In this document: piece by piece, positions 1 to 11,553 of the stretch
Layout: each line of letters opens with the position of its first letter
How positions within the stretch are numbered: position 1 is the stretch's first letter
Assembly: GCA_045804965.1 (NCBI GenBank)
Contig: JBJMMD010000016.1
Coordinates: forward strand, 206,724-270,723
Length of the DNA: 64,000 nucleotides
Reading direction: 5' to 3'
Source of the DNA: Thermomicrobiales bacterium
GTDB taxonomy: Bacteria > Chloroflexota > Chloroflexia > Thermomicrobiales > UBA6265
The notes under the pieces: generated by a model
What the model saw: only the letters and a program-made list of their open reading frames with translations
The model's database searches: none
Told to the model about the DNA's origin: nothing
Program-made: the position numbers and the translations under genes

Positions 1-320
1 GGCTTCGGCCGGGACTCATAGCCGTGAATCGTCTTGTCCCCATTCACAAATGGAATCTTGGCCCAGACGATGCGCTCGTCGTCCTGAGCCACGGAAAGCG
101 GGCTTTTCGGCGGTGTCGGCGAAGGAGTGGCTTCTTGCGCTCGTGCTGACTCGGCCGCGAAGGTCACGCCGAGCGCATTGAGTACCGTCGCTGCAGAGGC
201 AATCCCGCCGGTGATGTGGACAATCCGGAGCAGCATGTTTCGGCGGTCCATGAGTCCGTCTTGATAATCCTCGACGAACTCATGAATCAGGTACTCCTCA
301 AAAGGCTTCAGCTCGCGCAT
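1..320 (-). CDS. Dienelactone hydrolase family protein (YghX-like), N-terminal part; runs off the window edge
   Basis: Hand translation from ATG at 320: MRELKPFEEYLIHEFVEDYQDGLMDRRNMLLRIVHITGGIASAATVL...IHGYESRPK. This resembles the YghX/DLH N-terminus; GGAG RBS upstream. Confidence 0.7.
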   Translation of the reverse strand, partial: MRELKPFEEYLIHEFVEDYQDGLMDRRNMLLRIVHITGGIASAATVLNALGVTFAAESARAQEATPSPTPPKSPLSVAQDDERIVWAKIPFVNGDKTIHGYESRPK

Positions 321-359
321 CAATGGCTCCCCTAGTTCGCGGAGACTGATCCTTGACGG

Positions 360-734
360 CTAACTTGCGGCTTGACTCAACACCGGCGACGTGACGGACG
401 GTCCAACTGGGGGCTGGCCAATGTCATGCCGCAAATCCAACGGTTGGGAAACTTCCCGTGATTCCCATGAGCTGAGATTGAACTCGACGGTCGTGATGCC
501 GCTCGCGTCTTGAATCCTGCCCACGGCAACCCAATTGCCTGGTTGGATATGCTGCGCGGCAAGCTGACCGATCGTGAACCGAATGACTGTCGGGTCAATC
601 GAGCGAGCGGGACCAAGGCCAAACGAACGTGGCTTACTTCGTGCGGCCGCCTTGTCCAATTCCGCCTCGATCTGTTCCCCATGGCGTTCCAATATAACTT
701 CGGCAAGTGCGCCGAGCGGGACAGCCGTCCTCAT
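360..734 (-). CDS. Hypothetical protein
   Basis: 124-aa ORF with GGAG upstream, co-oriented with the DLH gene; no recognised family. Confidence 0.5.
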   Translation of the reverse strand: MRTAVPLGALAEVILERHGEQIEAELDKAAARSKPRSFGLGPARSIDPTVIRFTIGQLAAQHIQPGNWVAVGRIQDASGITTVEFNLSSWESREVSQPLDLRHDIGQPPVGPSVTSPVLSQAAS

Positions 735-893
735 CGCTTTGCTCCAAGTCTCGTTATCACACGAACCTACCGACTGGGGCCGGGCAAACTTAAACAGCGG
801 TTAACGTCCAGGGCCCCTCACTGGAAGGGTCGAATGTAACGGGCAGCGTCGCCATGCCCGGGAAGCGCGTCGCTTGCGGGGTACGCAGTCGCG

Positions 894-973
894 AATAGGT
901 GGCAGACGGCTGCGGGGCCGTCGCCACCAGACTGCAGAAGCGGATACAAGCGAGACTGCCAATTGCTGGCAGC
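894..973 (-). ncRNA. Candidate small RNA or structured leader downstream of the sigma54-type motif
   Basis: Hairpin CUGCCA-GCAAU-UGGCAG at the predicted +1, a linker, then hairpin GGUGGCGACGGC-CCCGCA-GCCGUCUGCCACC followed by UAUU. Confidence 0.3.
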
Positions 974-982
974 ATTCCGTAT

Positions 983-998
983 TGCAAGTTGCATGCCG
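983..998 (-). promoter_or_regulatory. Sigma54-type -24/-12 motif CGGCATGCAACTTGCA
   Basis: GG-N10-GC spacing with GGCA and TTGC cores; intergenic. Confidence 0.55.
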
Positions 999-1265
999 AC
1001 GTTTACAGAGCGCGTGAGAGACCGGTGCGCTGCATTGTGATCCTCGTCCTCATTTCCGCGGCCGCGCTGCCTGGTTCGAAAGACCCTTACCCCGCTCACG
1101 AGCTCGAAGACTTTCCGAGGTTGATCCGGGGCAGGCTTTCTCGCGCTAGCGCTCGTCGCCGCGGAGAGCCTTTCTCGTGCGCGCCGGGATGAGCGATGTG
1201 CAATCTGAGGAGCTTCCGCAAGGCCGAGATAGCGGTCGAGGGTATTGCCTTGGTATCCTCCAGCG

Positions 1266-2435
1266 ATGGACAACGCGACGACGGAGCCGCACTTCGACAT
1301 CGGAATCATCGGCGCGGGCCAGCTTGCGCGGATGATGGTCCGGGCCGCGATCCCGCTCGGCCTGCGATTACGCGTGCTCGCGCAGTCGGTCAATGACAGC
1401 GCCGCGCTCGTTTGGCCTAATGTGGTCGTCGGTTCTCCCGACGATCCAAATACCGTGCTCGAGTTCGCGCGCCCGTGCGGCATTGTCACCTTCGACCATG
1501 AGCTGGTCTCGCCACGAAGCCTCGATCTGTTGGCTCGGAGCAACGTCGTGCTTCGACCGAGCGTGTCCACACTCCAATACGCCCAAAACAAACGTTGGCA
1601 GCGCGAAGAGTTTTCGCGTCGCGGGTTTCCCGTGCCGGCGTTTGCCGGTGTTCGCGTAGTGGACGACGTCGTCACGTTCGTTGCCTCCTACGGCTGGCCG
1701 GTCGCGCTGAAAACCGCTTACGGCGGATACGATGGCCGGGGAGTTTGGCGCATCGACAATGTCGGTGCCGCGATCGCCCTTCTGGAATCCGTTTCCGAGG
1801 CATCATGCGACATGCTGGTGGAACGCTGGATACCGATCGATCGTGAGATCGCGCTCATCGTCGCGCGCTCGCCGTCGGGCCAAATGGCGACGTATCCGGT
1901 GGTCGATACCGTACAACGAGATGGCATCTGTCGCGAAATTATCGCACCGGCTGACCTGCCGCCGCAACTATCGCAGCGCGCGACGCTCCTTGGCCGCGAA
2001 ATCGCCGAAGCGATCGACCTGACTGGCGTCATGGCGGTCGAATACTTCGTCGCCGGCGATGAACTGATCATCAACGAGATCGCGACGCGCCCCCACAATT
2101 CCGGTCATTACACGATAGAAGGCTCCGTCACCTCGCAGTTCGAGCAGCATCTGCGGGCGGTGATGGATTGGCCGCTCGGGCTGACGACATTGCGGTCCGA
2201 GCAAGTCGTCACCGTTAATGTCCTTGGGGGAACGGAGGCGATCGATCCTCGTGAGGCGCTGTCGGCGGCGCTTACGGATGAAAGCGTTCGAGTACATCTC
2301 TATGGCAAGTCGGCGCGACCTGGACGGAAACTCGGGCACGTCACGGTTACGGGACCCGATCTGGTTGACGCTCAAGCCCGAGCATGGCGAGCCGCGGAGC
2401 TATTGACCGGCGAACCGGCGGAGGTCAGGCAATGA
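1266..2435 (+). CDS. purK: N5-carboxyaminoimidazole ribonucleotide synthase
   Basis: GIIGAGQLARM, TFDHE, GGYDGRG, NEIATRPHNSGH, HLYGK..RPGRKLGHVT motifs. Confidence 0.96.
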   Translation: MDNATTEPHFDIGIIGAGQLARMMVRAAIPLGLRLRVLAQSVNDSAALVWPNVVVGSPDDPNTVLEFARPCGIVTFDHELVSPRSLDLLARSNVVLRPSVSTLQYAQNKRWQREEFSRRGFPVPAFAGVRVVDDVVTFVASYGWPVALKTAYGGYDGRGVWRIDNVGAAIALLESVSEASCDMLVERWIPIDREIALIVARSPSGQMATYPVVDTVQRDGICREIIAPADLPPQLSQRATLLGREIAEAIDLTGVMAVEYFVAGDELIINEIATRPHNSGHYTIEGSVTSQFEQHLRAVMDWPLGLTTLRSEQVVTVNVLGGTEAIDPREALSAALTDESVRVHLYGKSARPGRKLGHVTVTGPDLVDAQARAWRAAELLTGEPAEVRQ

Positions 2436-2980
2436 GCGATGGGCGGGAGCCGGCGGCGCCACGTGTCGCCGTCGTCATGGGCAGCGATTCCGATCTGCCG
2501 GTCATGCGGGCGGCGATCGATGCGCTCGACGAGTTCGGTGTCGAAAATGAGGTCCGCATCCTATCCGCGCACCGCACCCCCGACGCGATGCTTGCCTTCG
2601 CCCACGAAGCCGCGGGCCGCGGTCTGCAGGTCATCATCGCCGGCGCGGGCGGGGCCGCGCACCTGCCCGGCATGATCGCGTCGGCCACTCCCTTGCCGGT
2701 TATCGGCGTCCCCGTACCGACCACGCAACTGGCTGGAATCGATGCCCTGCTCTCGATTGCGCAAATGCCGGCGGGCGTCCCAGTCGCGACCGTCGCCATC
2801 GGCAATGGCCGCAACGCGGGACTGCTTGCGGTCCGCATGCTCGCCGCGTCCGATGCGTTACTGCGCGACGCAATGGAGCAGTTTCAGACGAGGCTTGCCG
2901 CAACGGTCCGCGACAAGGATGCCAACGTCCAACGTGAGCTTCGCGCGGAGCGAGCGGCAAAGATCAACCAACAGCCCTAG
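2432..2980 (+). CDS. purE: N5-CAIR mutase
   Basis: VMGSDSDLPVM, SAHRTP, IAGAGGAAHLPG, QMPAGVPVATV; ATGA overlap with purK. Confidence 0.97.
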   Translation: MSDGREPAAPRVAVVMGSDSDLPVMRAAIDALDEFGVENEVRILSAHRTPDAMLAFAHEAAGRGLQVIIAGAGGAAHLPGMIASATPLPVIGVPVPTTQLAGIDALLSIAQMPAGVPVATVAIGNGRNAGLLAVRMLAASDALLRDAMEQFQTRLAATVRDKDANVQRELRAERAAKINQQP

Positions 2981-3087
2981 TCGCCTCCTACCGGTCGATC
3001 CGCTCCATTGAGCACATCTCGACATCTGTCCAATATGTGGTACGATCCTGATGAAACAGACGTCCAGGTTGGCGGACAGGGGGAATC

Positions 3088-4476
3088 ATGCTGGCAAGTC
3101 CAGTCGCCGAATCGGCGGCTCCGGATGGTTCAGTCAGCGGTCCGTCCGAGAGCACGAGCGATGACGTCTTCACCATGGAGGAGGCTGCTCGTCGCAAAGG
3201 CGTCTCATACCACACCGTTTCGCGCGCCGTGCGCAGCGGCAAGCTGCGAGCTACGCGACGCGGCCGAAAGGCGCTCATCGACGGCAAAGATCTGCAGAGC
3301 TGGACGCCGATGCGCCAGCGCGCCCCCAAGCGTTACCGCAAACCTCAGGATCTCGCAGCGGTCCCTGGCATTCTCGATCTCGCATCGGATGGGAGCAGCG
3401 AGCTTGCTCGCAGGCTCGCCGTCTTCGCGCAATCAATCCACGCCGAGGCTGCCGAGCACGACCAGCAAACGTTCCATCAGCTCTTGTGCGATCGCTTCGC
3501 CCAGGCTGTCGGTCTCCGGCGTGTCACGCTCTGGCGCGTGGACCTCACCTGGAACATCTTGACCCAGCTCGCAGCATATGGGCCGGTTCCCCGGCAAGCC
3601 CCGACCCAAATGTCGCCGATTCCGCTTGAGCTTCGCCGCCATCTTGAGTCAAACTCGGTCGTCAACGTGCAGCCCGGCTTGGATAACACCATCTGGCCGG
3701 CCGACGCTCAGCTCGACCACGCTCGATCGATGGTGATCGCTCCACTGCGCCGTGGCGAGCAATTGATCGGCTCGTTCATCGGAGACTGGGACGGCGAACA
3801 GCACGAATTTTGCGAAGATGAGTTGGGCCTCACCCAGATCATAGCCAACCAGGCGGCGTTAGCATTTGACCTCGCCCGCTCGCGGGACAAGCTCGCGGCC
3901 GCGGATTGGCAGCTCGCGTTCGTGCTCGAACAGCTCCCCTACGGCATCATCCTCGTTGACTCGCCTGACGGACGTCTGATCTTCGCCAACTCCGCCGCGT
4001 GCGTGTTAATTGGGCGCCAGGACCTCGGACCGGACAGGACCCTCGCGGAGTTGCCACTCATCGCCGAGAAACCCGAGATCTTTGGCGACTTCGATCACCA
4101 GATCGAGGGAACCCTTACTGCCGGCAAGGCGGTGAGCGCTCAGCCGATTCGCGTCGTCAACCCGGACGGGAGCGAAACGGAGGCGATAATCTCCGTCAAT
4201 CCCATGCGCGACCGCGACGAGCGTCAGATTGGCGCCGTCTGCGTGCTGGAAACCGGCCCAGGCGCCGACCGCACCGCCAAGATGACGACCGCCATTGTCG
4301 ACTCCATCACTCACCAACTGCGCAATACGCTCACATCCCTCATCGGCAATGTGCAGTTGCTGCAGCGACACTTGCGTGGACAAGAGCCGGTCGATCTCGA
4401 CTTCGTCGCCGCTCGCGTCGACCGCATTGAAGCCAGCGGCATACAACTCGGCGCAGTCCTCAAAGCCCGCGAGTGA
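3088..4476 (+). CDS. HTH (excisionase-like)-GAF-PAS-HisKA signalling protein lacking an HATPase domain
   Basis: FTMEEAARRKGVSYHTVSRAVRSGKLRA (HTH_17-like); GAF ending IIANQAALA; PAS LPYGIILVD..IFANSAA; H-box-like THQLRNTLTSL, then stop. Confidence 0.8.
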   Translation: MLASPVAESAAPDGSVSGPSESTSDDVFTMEEAARRKGVSYHTVSRAVRSGKLRATRRGRKALIDGKDLQSWTPMRQRAPKRYRKPQDLAAVPGILDLASDGSSELARRLAVFAQSIHAEAAEHDQQTFHQLLCDRFAQAVGLRRVTLWRVDLTWNILTQLAAYGPVPRQAPTQMSPIPLELRRHLESNSVVNVQPGLDNTIWPADAQLDHARSMVIAPLRRGEQLIGSFIGDWDGEQHEFCEDELGLTQIIANQAALAFDLARSRDKLAAADWQLAFVLEQLPYGIILVDSPDGRLIFANSAACVLIGRQDLGPDRTLAELPLIAEKPEIFGDFDHQIEGTLTAGKAVSAQPIRVVNPDGSETEAIISVNPMRDRDERQIGAVCVLETGPGADRTAKMTTAIVDSITHQLRNTLTSLIGNVQLLQRHLRGQEPVDLDFVAARVDRIEASGIQLGAVLKARE

Positions 4477-4503
4477 GGCAGTAGCTTCGCAGAACCACTA
4501 CAC

Positions 4504-4550
4504 TGAAACTGACCCTTCTCCGGCTCACTGGAGAAGGGCGATTTTCAACC
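4504..4550. terminator. Palindrome between convergent genes (probable bidirectional terminator; shares a motif with 30880-31012)
   Basis: TGAAACTGACCCTTCTCC-ggctcact-GGAGAAGGGCGATTTTCA. Confidence 0.55.
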
Positions 4551-4563
4551 TAGGGGGACGAGT

Positions 4564-6267
<1,704 letters not shown>

Positions 6268-6397
6268 TCAGCCGTCAACCTTCAGCTTTAGCTTGACGCG
6301 GACTCGGGACCACCGTCGAACCACGCGACCGACTACCGGCCGCCTCACTGTGCGCAGCATCTCCTCAAACGTTCGTGGCAAACCGCCTCCAACTGGA

Positions 6398-6421
6398 GAG
6401 GCGACGCTGATGCGTCGCCTC
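6398..6421. terminator. GC-rich hairpin downstream of the MBL hydrolase gene
   Basis: GAGGCGACGC-tgat-GCGTCGCCTC perfect 10-bp stem; no clear U tract. Confidence 0.4.
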
Positions 6422-6519
6422 GTTAGCCGCTTCATTCCACTGTGCGAGCGAGAGTCGAAAACCGTCCCGGAAATTCTGTGCCGGGTTGGGAGGGCAAAGG
6501 CCTGACCTCGCGCGTCTGC

Positions 6520-7176
6520 TCACCGCTTCGGTCCTTCACTGTCTGGGCTCAACACGACAACGCGCATCGTCTCCAGCAGGTCAGACTGGCGCAGAACGAA
6601 CTTCTCTTCAGCCGCGGTAATTTCAACCCCCAGGGCTTTGCCGAAGGCGTCTAGTCCGCCAAGTGCCTTGTCGCCTTGGGCTGTCGCGTATTGCATCGGA
6701 ATAACGATCTTTGGCTCTAGTTGGCCGACGACATCAGCCGCCTGGTTGACATTTATCACATCGCCGCCGCCAGCTGGGACCAAGAGCACATCGACGTGAC
6801 TCATGGCCTCGGCTTGCTCTTCTGTCAACGTATGACCAAGATCGCCGAGGTGACAGACGACGATGCCTTCGAGCTCGATCAAGTAAACGGTGTTGTACCC
6901 CCGCTCCTTGCCCTGCTTGTCGTCGTGATAGGTGCGAATACCAGTCACGAAAACGTCGTGCATCTCGTACTCGCCGGGCTCGCTGATGACTTTGTACTCA
7001 GGCTTGAGCGCGCTAAGGTTGTTATGCCCTTTGTGGTCATGCGAAATCGTGACGACATCCGCGGGTTGTTTGGCGAGCGTATAGCCGGTCGAGCGGTCGA
7101 CGGGGTCGGTGATCACCGTCGCCTCTCGCCCCCGAATCCGAAAACAGTTGTGGCCGAACCACTTGAATTCCGCCAT
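6520..7176 (-). CDS. MBL-fold metallo-hydrolase (Lactamase_B_3-like)
   Basis: WFGHNCF, TISHDHKGHNN, CHLGDLG, VIPMQY. Confidence 0.88.
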   Translation of the reverse strand: MAEFKWFGHNCFRIRGREATVITDPVDRSTGYTLAKQPADVVTISHDHKGHNNLSALKPEYKVISEPGEYEMHDVFVTGIRTYHDDKQGKERGYNTVYLIELEGIVVCHLGDLGHTLTEEQAEAMSHVDVLLVPAGGGDVINVNQAADVVGQLEPKIVIPMQYATAQGDKALGGLDAFGKALGVEITAAEEKFVLRQSDLLETMRVVVLSPDSEGPKR

Positions 7177-7440
7177 CAATAACAACCAATCCAGTTGCCG
7201 CGGGTATGCACCGCGACAAAACAATCAGCCAACCAGGCGCATCCAAGAGCATGCGGTGGTAGGCATATTCCTAAACCCAAGGGGGCTGCGAGCGTTCGCG
7301 GATGCCACCGGTCGGCGCCGGTCGGCCCATTTTCCGCGGCCTCTTTTAGCATACCATGACGAAGGCTCCCTCGGAAGGGTCCGAGGGAGCCAAAAGCGAG
7401 CAAACGTTCGCCAGCGCGATGCGTGGCCCGGAAGTCTTGG

Positions 7441-8043
7441 CTACATTGCAGTAGTAGATACTCGCTCGGCTTCCGCCGCGGGCATGCGCATCGTGTGTTT
7501 CCCTTCGGCGATTTCCTCAATCAGCTTCCGGTTGAAGGCGGGAATGTCGTCCGGCTTGCGGCTGGTGACAATTCCCTGCTCGACTCGCACCTCCTCATCG
7601 ACCCACTTGCCGCCAGCGTTGCGGACATCTGTGCGCAAGCTCGGCCAAGAGGTAATGGTCCGCCCTTTCACGACATCTGCCTCGACCAGCATCCACGGTC
7701 CATGGCAGATTGCACCGATCGGCTTGTTGGTGTCGAAGAAGCGCCGGACAAAGGCGACCGCATCCTTATCGAGGCGCAGTTTATCTGGATTCGCGACGCC
7801 GCCCGGGATCACGAGCGCATCGTACTCGTCGGCGTTCGCTTGTTTGACGGTCTTATCCACAGGGAACTTGTCGCCTTTATCCATTCCCTTCACGCCCTGA
7901 ATAGAACCCTCCTTGATCGAGATCAATTCGGTTTTCGCGCCAGCGTTTTTGATCGCATTGAATGGTTCGATCAGCTCGGCTTGATCGACGCCGTCTGCAG
8001 CCAGGAATGCGACTCGTTTCCCTTGCAACTTGTTGTCCATCAT
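7441..8043 (-). CDS. PfpI/YhbO family (DJ-1) deglycase/protease
   Basis: LVIPGGVANPDKLR, AICHGPW, TSRKPDDIPAF. Confidence 0.92.
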   Translation of the reverse strand: MMDNKLQGKRVAFLAADGVDQAELIEPFNAIKNAGAKTELISIKEGSIQGVKGMDKGDKFPVDKTVKQANADEYDALVIPGGVANPDKLRLDKDAVAFVRRFFDTNKPIGAICHGPWMLVEADVVKGRTITSWPSLRTDVRNAGGKWVDEEVRVEQGIVTSRKPDDIPAFNRKLIEEIAEGKHTMRMPAAEAERVSTTAM

Positions 8044-8145
8044 GTCCCTTTGCTCCTCGGCCGCCTCGTTTGCTATGCAAACGCAACCGGCCGCTTCTGT
8101 TCTGAAATCCCAAGGCACTCGGAATGAGGCCTCAACGCATTACGC

Positions 8146-8161
8146 AGCAGACTCTGTGCCA
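8146..8161 (-). promoter_or_regulatory. Sigma54-type motif TGGCACAGAGTCTGCT upstream of the pfpI-like gene
   Basis: TGGCAC plus GG-N10-GC spacing. Confidence 0.6.
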
Positions 8162-8171
8162 GCGTGAGCGA

Positions 8172-8187
8172 TGGCATGTTGCTCGCG
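8172..8187 (+). promoter_or_regulatory. Sigma54-type motif TGGCATGTTGCTCGCG upstream of the MFS gene
   Basis: GG-N10-GC; the -12 element is imperfect (CGC). Confidence 0.4.
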
Positions 8188-8232
8188 AAGGGAGGACTGA
8201 GACTTTTTCGCGGTTGCCTTCGAGGAGTATTC

Positions 8233-9522
8233 ATGGCTATCGCCGCATCCCAGCGACGCCACGCCATCCACAGTTCTGCCGACCTCGCATGGCGCTACGC
8301 GAAGCTCAGCATTTACGGACTCGGTCTGCTGGCCCTCTGGAACACGGTCACAATCGTGCTCCTCCCGAACAGAGTCGAAGACACAGTCAGCGCGAGTTGG
8401 CGGGGAACCGCGCTCGGAGCGATTTCATTAATTGGCATCGGCGTGGCGGCGATCGCGCAGCCATTTGCGGGGCGGATAAGCGACCACGCCCCGTTTTCCG
8501 ACCGGAGGCGGCCGTTCATCCTTATTGGCACGGCGGCGATGGTTCCGAGTTTGGCCGTGTTCGGGTGGGCGCCCGATTTTGCTATCCTCTTCGTCGCATT
8601 CGTCCTCATGCAGCTCGCGGGCAATCTTGCCCAAGCCGCGTTCCAGGCGCTGATCCCTGATCTCGTCCCCAAAGAGGAAAGGGGTATCGCGTCCGGCGCC
8701 AAGAACGCCGTATCGGTCGTTGGTTCCGCTGTTGGATTGCTCGGCGCGCGCGTCTTGCTCGATCTCCCAAACGGATTGGCCGCCACGCTCACCTATGAAG
8801 CGGCCGTGCTCATCGCCGTCGCGGCCTTAACCATGCGCTGGGTCCCACCCGTGCCGCCACTTCCAGACAAGGACCGCGTGAAATCACTCTGGCAGGCGAT
8901 CGACCCACGGGTGCTCTGGCACGATTCGGTACAAACGTTCCGCGAGCACACCGTGTTCCGCCACGCCGTTCTCGGTCAGTTTCTCTTGCTCCTCGGCGCG
9001 TATCCCGCGCAACGTTTCTTGCTCTATTTTCTGAAGGATAGATTCGGGATCGAGGACCCGGAGCAGTCAACGGCGGTTGTATTGTTGGCGGCCACGGTAA
9101 TGGGCGGGATCGCGGCGGCGGTTTCCGGCGCGCTCTCCGATCACCTCGGACGCTTGCCGGTCATTCGCGCCAGCATTGTGATCACGGCGGTCGGCATGTT
9201 CGGGCTCTCGGTGGCGCCGACCGTCGCTACGGCGACGCTTGCCGGCGGGGTGCTCGGGCTGGGCATCGGCGCGTTCCTTTCCGTCAATTGGGCGCTCCTA
9301 AGCGATCACCTGCCGGAAGGGCGGGCGGCAAGGGCGTTTGGGCTCGCCAATATCGCGACCGCGGGCGCGAGTGCATTTGCCGGTCTGTTCGGTCCCCTCG
9401 TCGACATCATCAACGCCCAGTTCCCGCAAGGGACCTACCCGCTCACCTTCGGACTCTCGGCTGTAATCTCGCTGACCAGCCTGATCCCGTTTCAACGGAT
9501 CCAAGCGTCTGATGCGCGCTAG
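8233..9522 (+). CDS. MFS transporter
   Basis: About 12 hydrophobic segments; GRISDH..RRRPF and GALSDHLGR motif A; GAGGAG RBS. Confidence 0.9.
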   Translation: MAIAASQRRHAIHSSADLAWRYAKLSIYGLGLLALWNTVTIVLLPNRVEDTVSASWRGTALGAISLIGIGVAAIAQPFAGRISDHAPFSDRRRPFILIGTAAMVPSLAVFGWAPDFAILFVAFVLMQLAGNLAQAAFQALIPDLVPKEERGIASGAKNAVSVVGSAVGLLGARVLLDLPNGLAATLTYEAAVLIAVAALTMRWVPPVPPLPDKDRVKSLWQAIDPRVLWHDSVQTFREHTVFRHAVLGQFLLLLGAYPAQRFLLYFLKDRFGIEDPEQSTAVVLLAATVMGGIAAAVSGALSDHLGRLPVIRASIVITAVGMFGLSVAPTVATATLAGGVLGLGIGAFLSVNWALLSDHLPEGRAARAFGLANIATAGASAFAGLFGPLVDIINAQFPQGTYPLTFGLSAVISLTSLIPFQRIQASDAR

Positions 9523-9872
9523 GCGTGAATTGCGGCCATTTCTTGACAGGCGCTGGCGCAGTTCCGGCACGCCTCTGCGCAGCGTCGCATGATCGGATCA
9601 TTTTCAAATCGCGCGCAATCATCGGCGCAGCGCGCGCAAATCTCGGCACACACGGCGCATGTGCGAAAATAGTAATCCGACCCCCGGTGCATGAAATCAG
9701 CCGCCAGCGCGCAGATTTCCGCGCAATCCCACATGAGCCGGATGTGATCCAGCTTGGAATGCGCCCCACTCATCTTCAGGCAATGCGTGATCGTCTCCAC
9801 GCAGGCCCCGTGGCACGTTTCGCATAGCTCGATGCAATGCTCCATCTTGTTCGTGACGCCGGACATCTCCAC
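9519..9872 (-). CDS. Four-helix-bundle copper storage protein (Csp3/DUF326)
   Basis: Repeated CxxxC/CxxC: HCIELCETCHGAC, CAVCAEICARCADDC, RCAEACRNCASAC; no signal peptide. Confidence 0.9.
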   Translation of the reverse strand: MEMSGVTNKMEHCIELCETCHGACVETITHCLKMSGAHSKLDHIRLMWDCAEICALAADFMHRGSDYYFRTCAVCAEICARCADDCARFENDPIMRRCAEACRNCASACQEMAAIHA

Positions 9873-9957
9873 CTCTCCTCGGATCGCCGCCTGCGGAGGA
9901 CTTTACCGCAAGCCTTCCAGCGGCGTTCCGCATCTGCCGTACCAGCGGGTGCCACAT

Positions 9958-11553
9958 TCAACCTTGGCGAATTCTGGCGAGGACGAACGACTCGACGACC
10001 CCAATCAGCCCATAGAGGCCGACGGAAACGGCGACGATCAGGGTCGCGCCGGACCAGAGGTTGTTGAAATTGGACGCGCTGTAGGAAATCGTGAGGACAT
10101 TTCCTAACCCTTTACCGGTCGCGAGCCATTCCGCGAGGATCGCTCCGCCGATGGCAGCAGGTCCCGCGATGCGGGCGGAGGCGAAAAACGCGGGAAGCGC
10201 GTACAGAAGCCGCACCTTCCGCACAACCATCAATGCATTGCCGCCGCTCGCGCGGACCACGTCACAGGCAAGCGCGGGCGCCGAACGCAACCCGACCGCG
10301 ACATTCACGAGCGTCGGAAAGAAGGTGACGATGCCGACAACGACGGTTACGCCCAGATAGCCCCGGCCAAAAATCAGCGCGATCAACGGCGTCATCGCGA
10401 CGAGCGGCACCGAGCGCAGCGTGATCGCGACCGGCATCACAGCCTGCTCAACGCCGCGAGAAAGGACCACCGCGATCGCGACGAAGGTCGCAGCCAGCGT
10501 CCCCACGAGGTATCCGCCGACCGCATCGCGCAATGTCTGCCCCAGCGCATCAAAGAGATCGCTTCGATGTTCTGTTGCCAAGTGGCCGGAGATTAAATAG
10601 CGATAGACATCGTCCGGGTCCTTGGCAAAGAACGGGTTCAAATCAAACAGCCGGATGAGCCCGTACCAGACGGCGATCAGAATCCCGACTGAGATGAGCA
10701 GCAGCGCGCTCGATCGCATGAGGCGTCGCCAGCGATCGCCCGGCTGGCGATCCTCCGGCAACTCGCCAACTCCGAGGCTAGTTTGGCTCGACCATGGCGT
10801 CAGCAACCATCCCAGGCCCGTTGCTGCCAGATAGAGCAGCCCCGCGAGTCCGGCGACAACCAGCGCGATACCCCATGTCCGCGCGACCGCGAAGGAGGAT
10901 TGGGCTTGGATCATCGCCGCGCCGAGTCCCTCTTGGGTGCCAAGGTATTCGCCGATGATCGCGCCCAGGAGCGCCGCGGGCGCGGCGACCCGCAGACCGG
11001 CGAAGATGCTTGGCAGCGCCGACCATAGCTTCACCTTCCGCAGCTCGATCCACGAGTTGCCGCCGTAGACGCGCACGACTTCGAGCGAGGTCGGATCGGC
11101 CGAACGCAACCCAAGGCCCGTGGAGATAAAGGTCGTAAAGAACACCGCCAGTGCTGCCAGCGCGATTTTCGGACCGTCCGCTGACAAAACGACGATCAGA
11201 ATCGGGGCGATAGCAACAAGCGGAATGTTGAAGCAGGCGATCGCGACGCGAAGCACCGGTTCCTCAATCGCCGGCAGCAACTCGCAGAGCACGCCGAGGA
11301 GGATCGCGACGACGTTGCCGTACAGGTAGCCGATGAGCGCCACACGCAGCGTCGCTTTGATGTTGACGGGATACGAATCACGATCGTGCCAAAACTGGGA
11401 GATGACATTGGTTGGCGTCGGCACGACTCGCGAGGAAGTGAACACCGTCACCGCCAGGAGCTCCCAGACCAGGAGTAAAGCGGCCACGGCGACCACGCGA
11501 TCAACCCAGCCCGGGCGATCGCGCCAAGCGATGCGCTGAACGACGTTCGTCAC
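9958..11553 (-). CDS. ABC permease, two fused NitT/TauT-type domains
   Basis: Two repeats of the ..[13 protein letters not shown].. / ..[14 protein letters not shown].. permease motif. Confidence 0.9.
   Translation of the reverse strand: MTNVVQRIAWRDRPGWVDRVVAVAALLLVWELLAVTVFTSSRVVPTPTNVISQFWHDRDSYPVNIKATLRVALIGYLYGNVVAILLGVLCELLPAIEEPVLRVAIACFNIPLVAIAPILIVVLSADGPKIALAALAVFFTTFISTGLGLRSADPTSLEVVRVYGGNSWIELRKVKLWSALPSIFAGLRVAAPAALLGAIIGEYLGTQEGLGAAMIQAQSSFAVARTWGIALVVAGLAGLLYLAATGLGWLLTPWSSQTSLGVGELPEDRQPGDRWRRLMRSSALLLISVGILIAVWYGLIRLFDLNPFFAKDPDDVYRYLISGHLATEHRSDLFDALGQTLRDAVGGYLVGTLAATFVAIAVVLSRGVEQAVMPVAITLRSVPLVAMTPLIALIFGRGYLGVTVVVGIVTFFPTLVNVAVGLRSAPALACDVVRASGGNALMVVRKVRLLYALPAFFASARIAGPAAIGGAILAEWLATGKGLGNVLTISYSASNFNNLWSGATLIVAVSVGLYGLIGVVESFVLARIRQG

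Noticed and set aside
740-1265. Purine or ZTP riboswitch upstream of purK
   Set aside because: No recognisable consensus on the + strand; the visible structure fits a minus-strand unit better.
8076-8092. Further sigma54-like sites (8076; also 9908, 17314, 32317)
   Set aside because: Spacing is not GG-N10-GC, or one conserved dinucleotide is missing.
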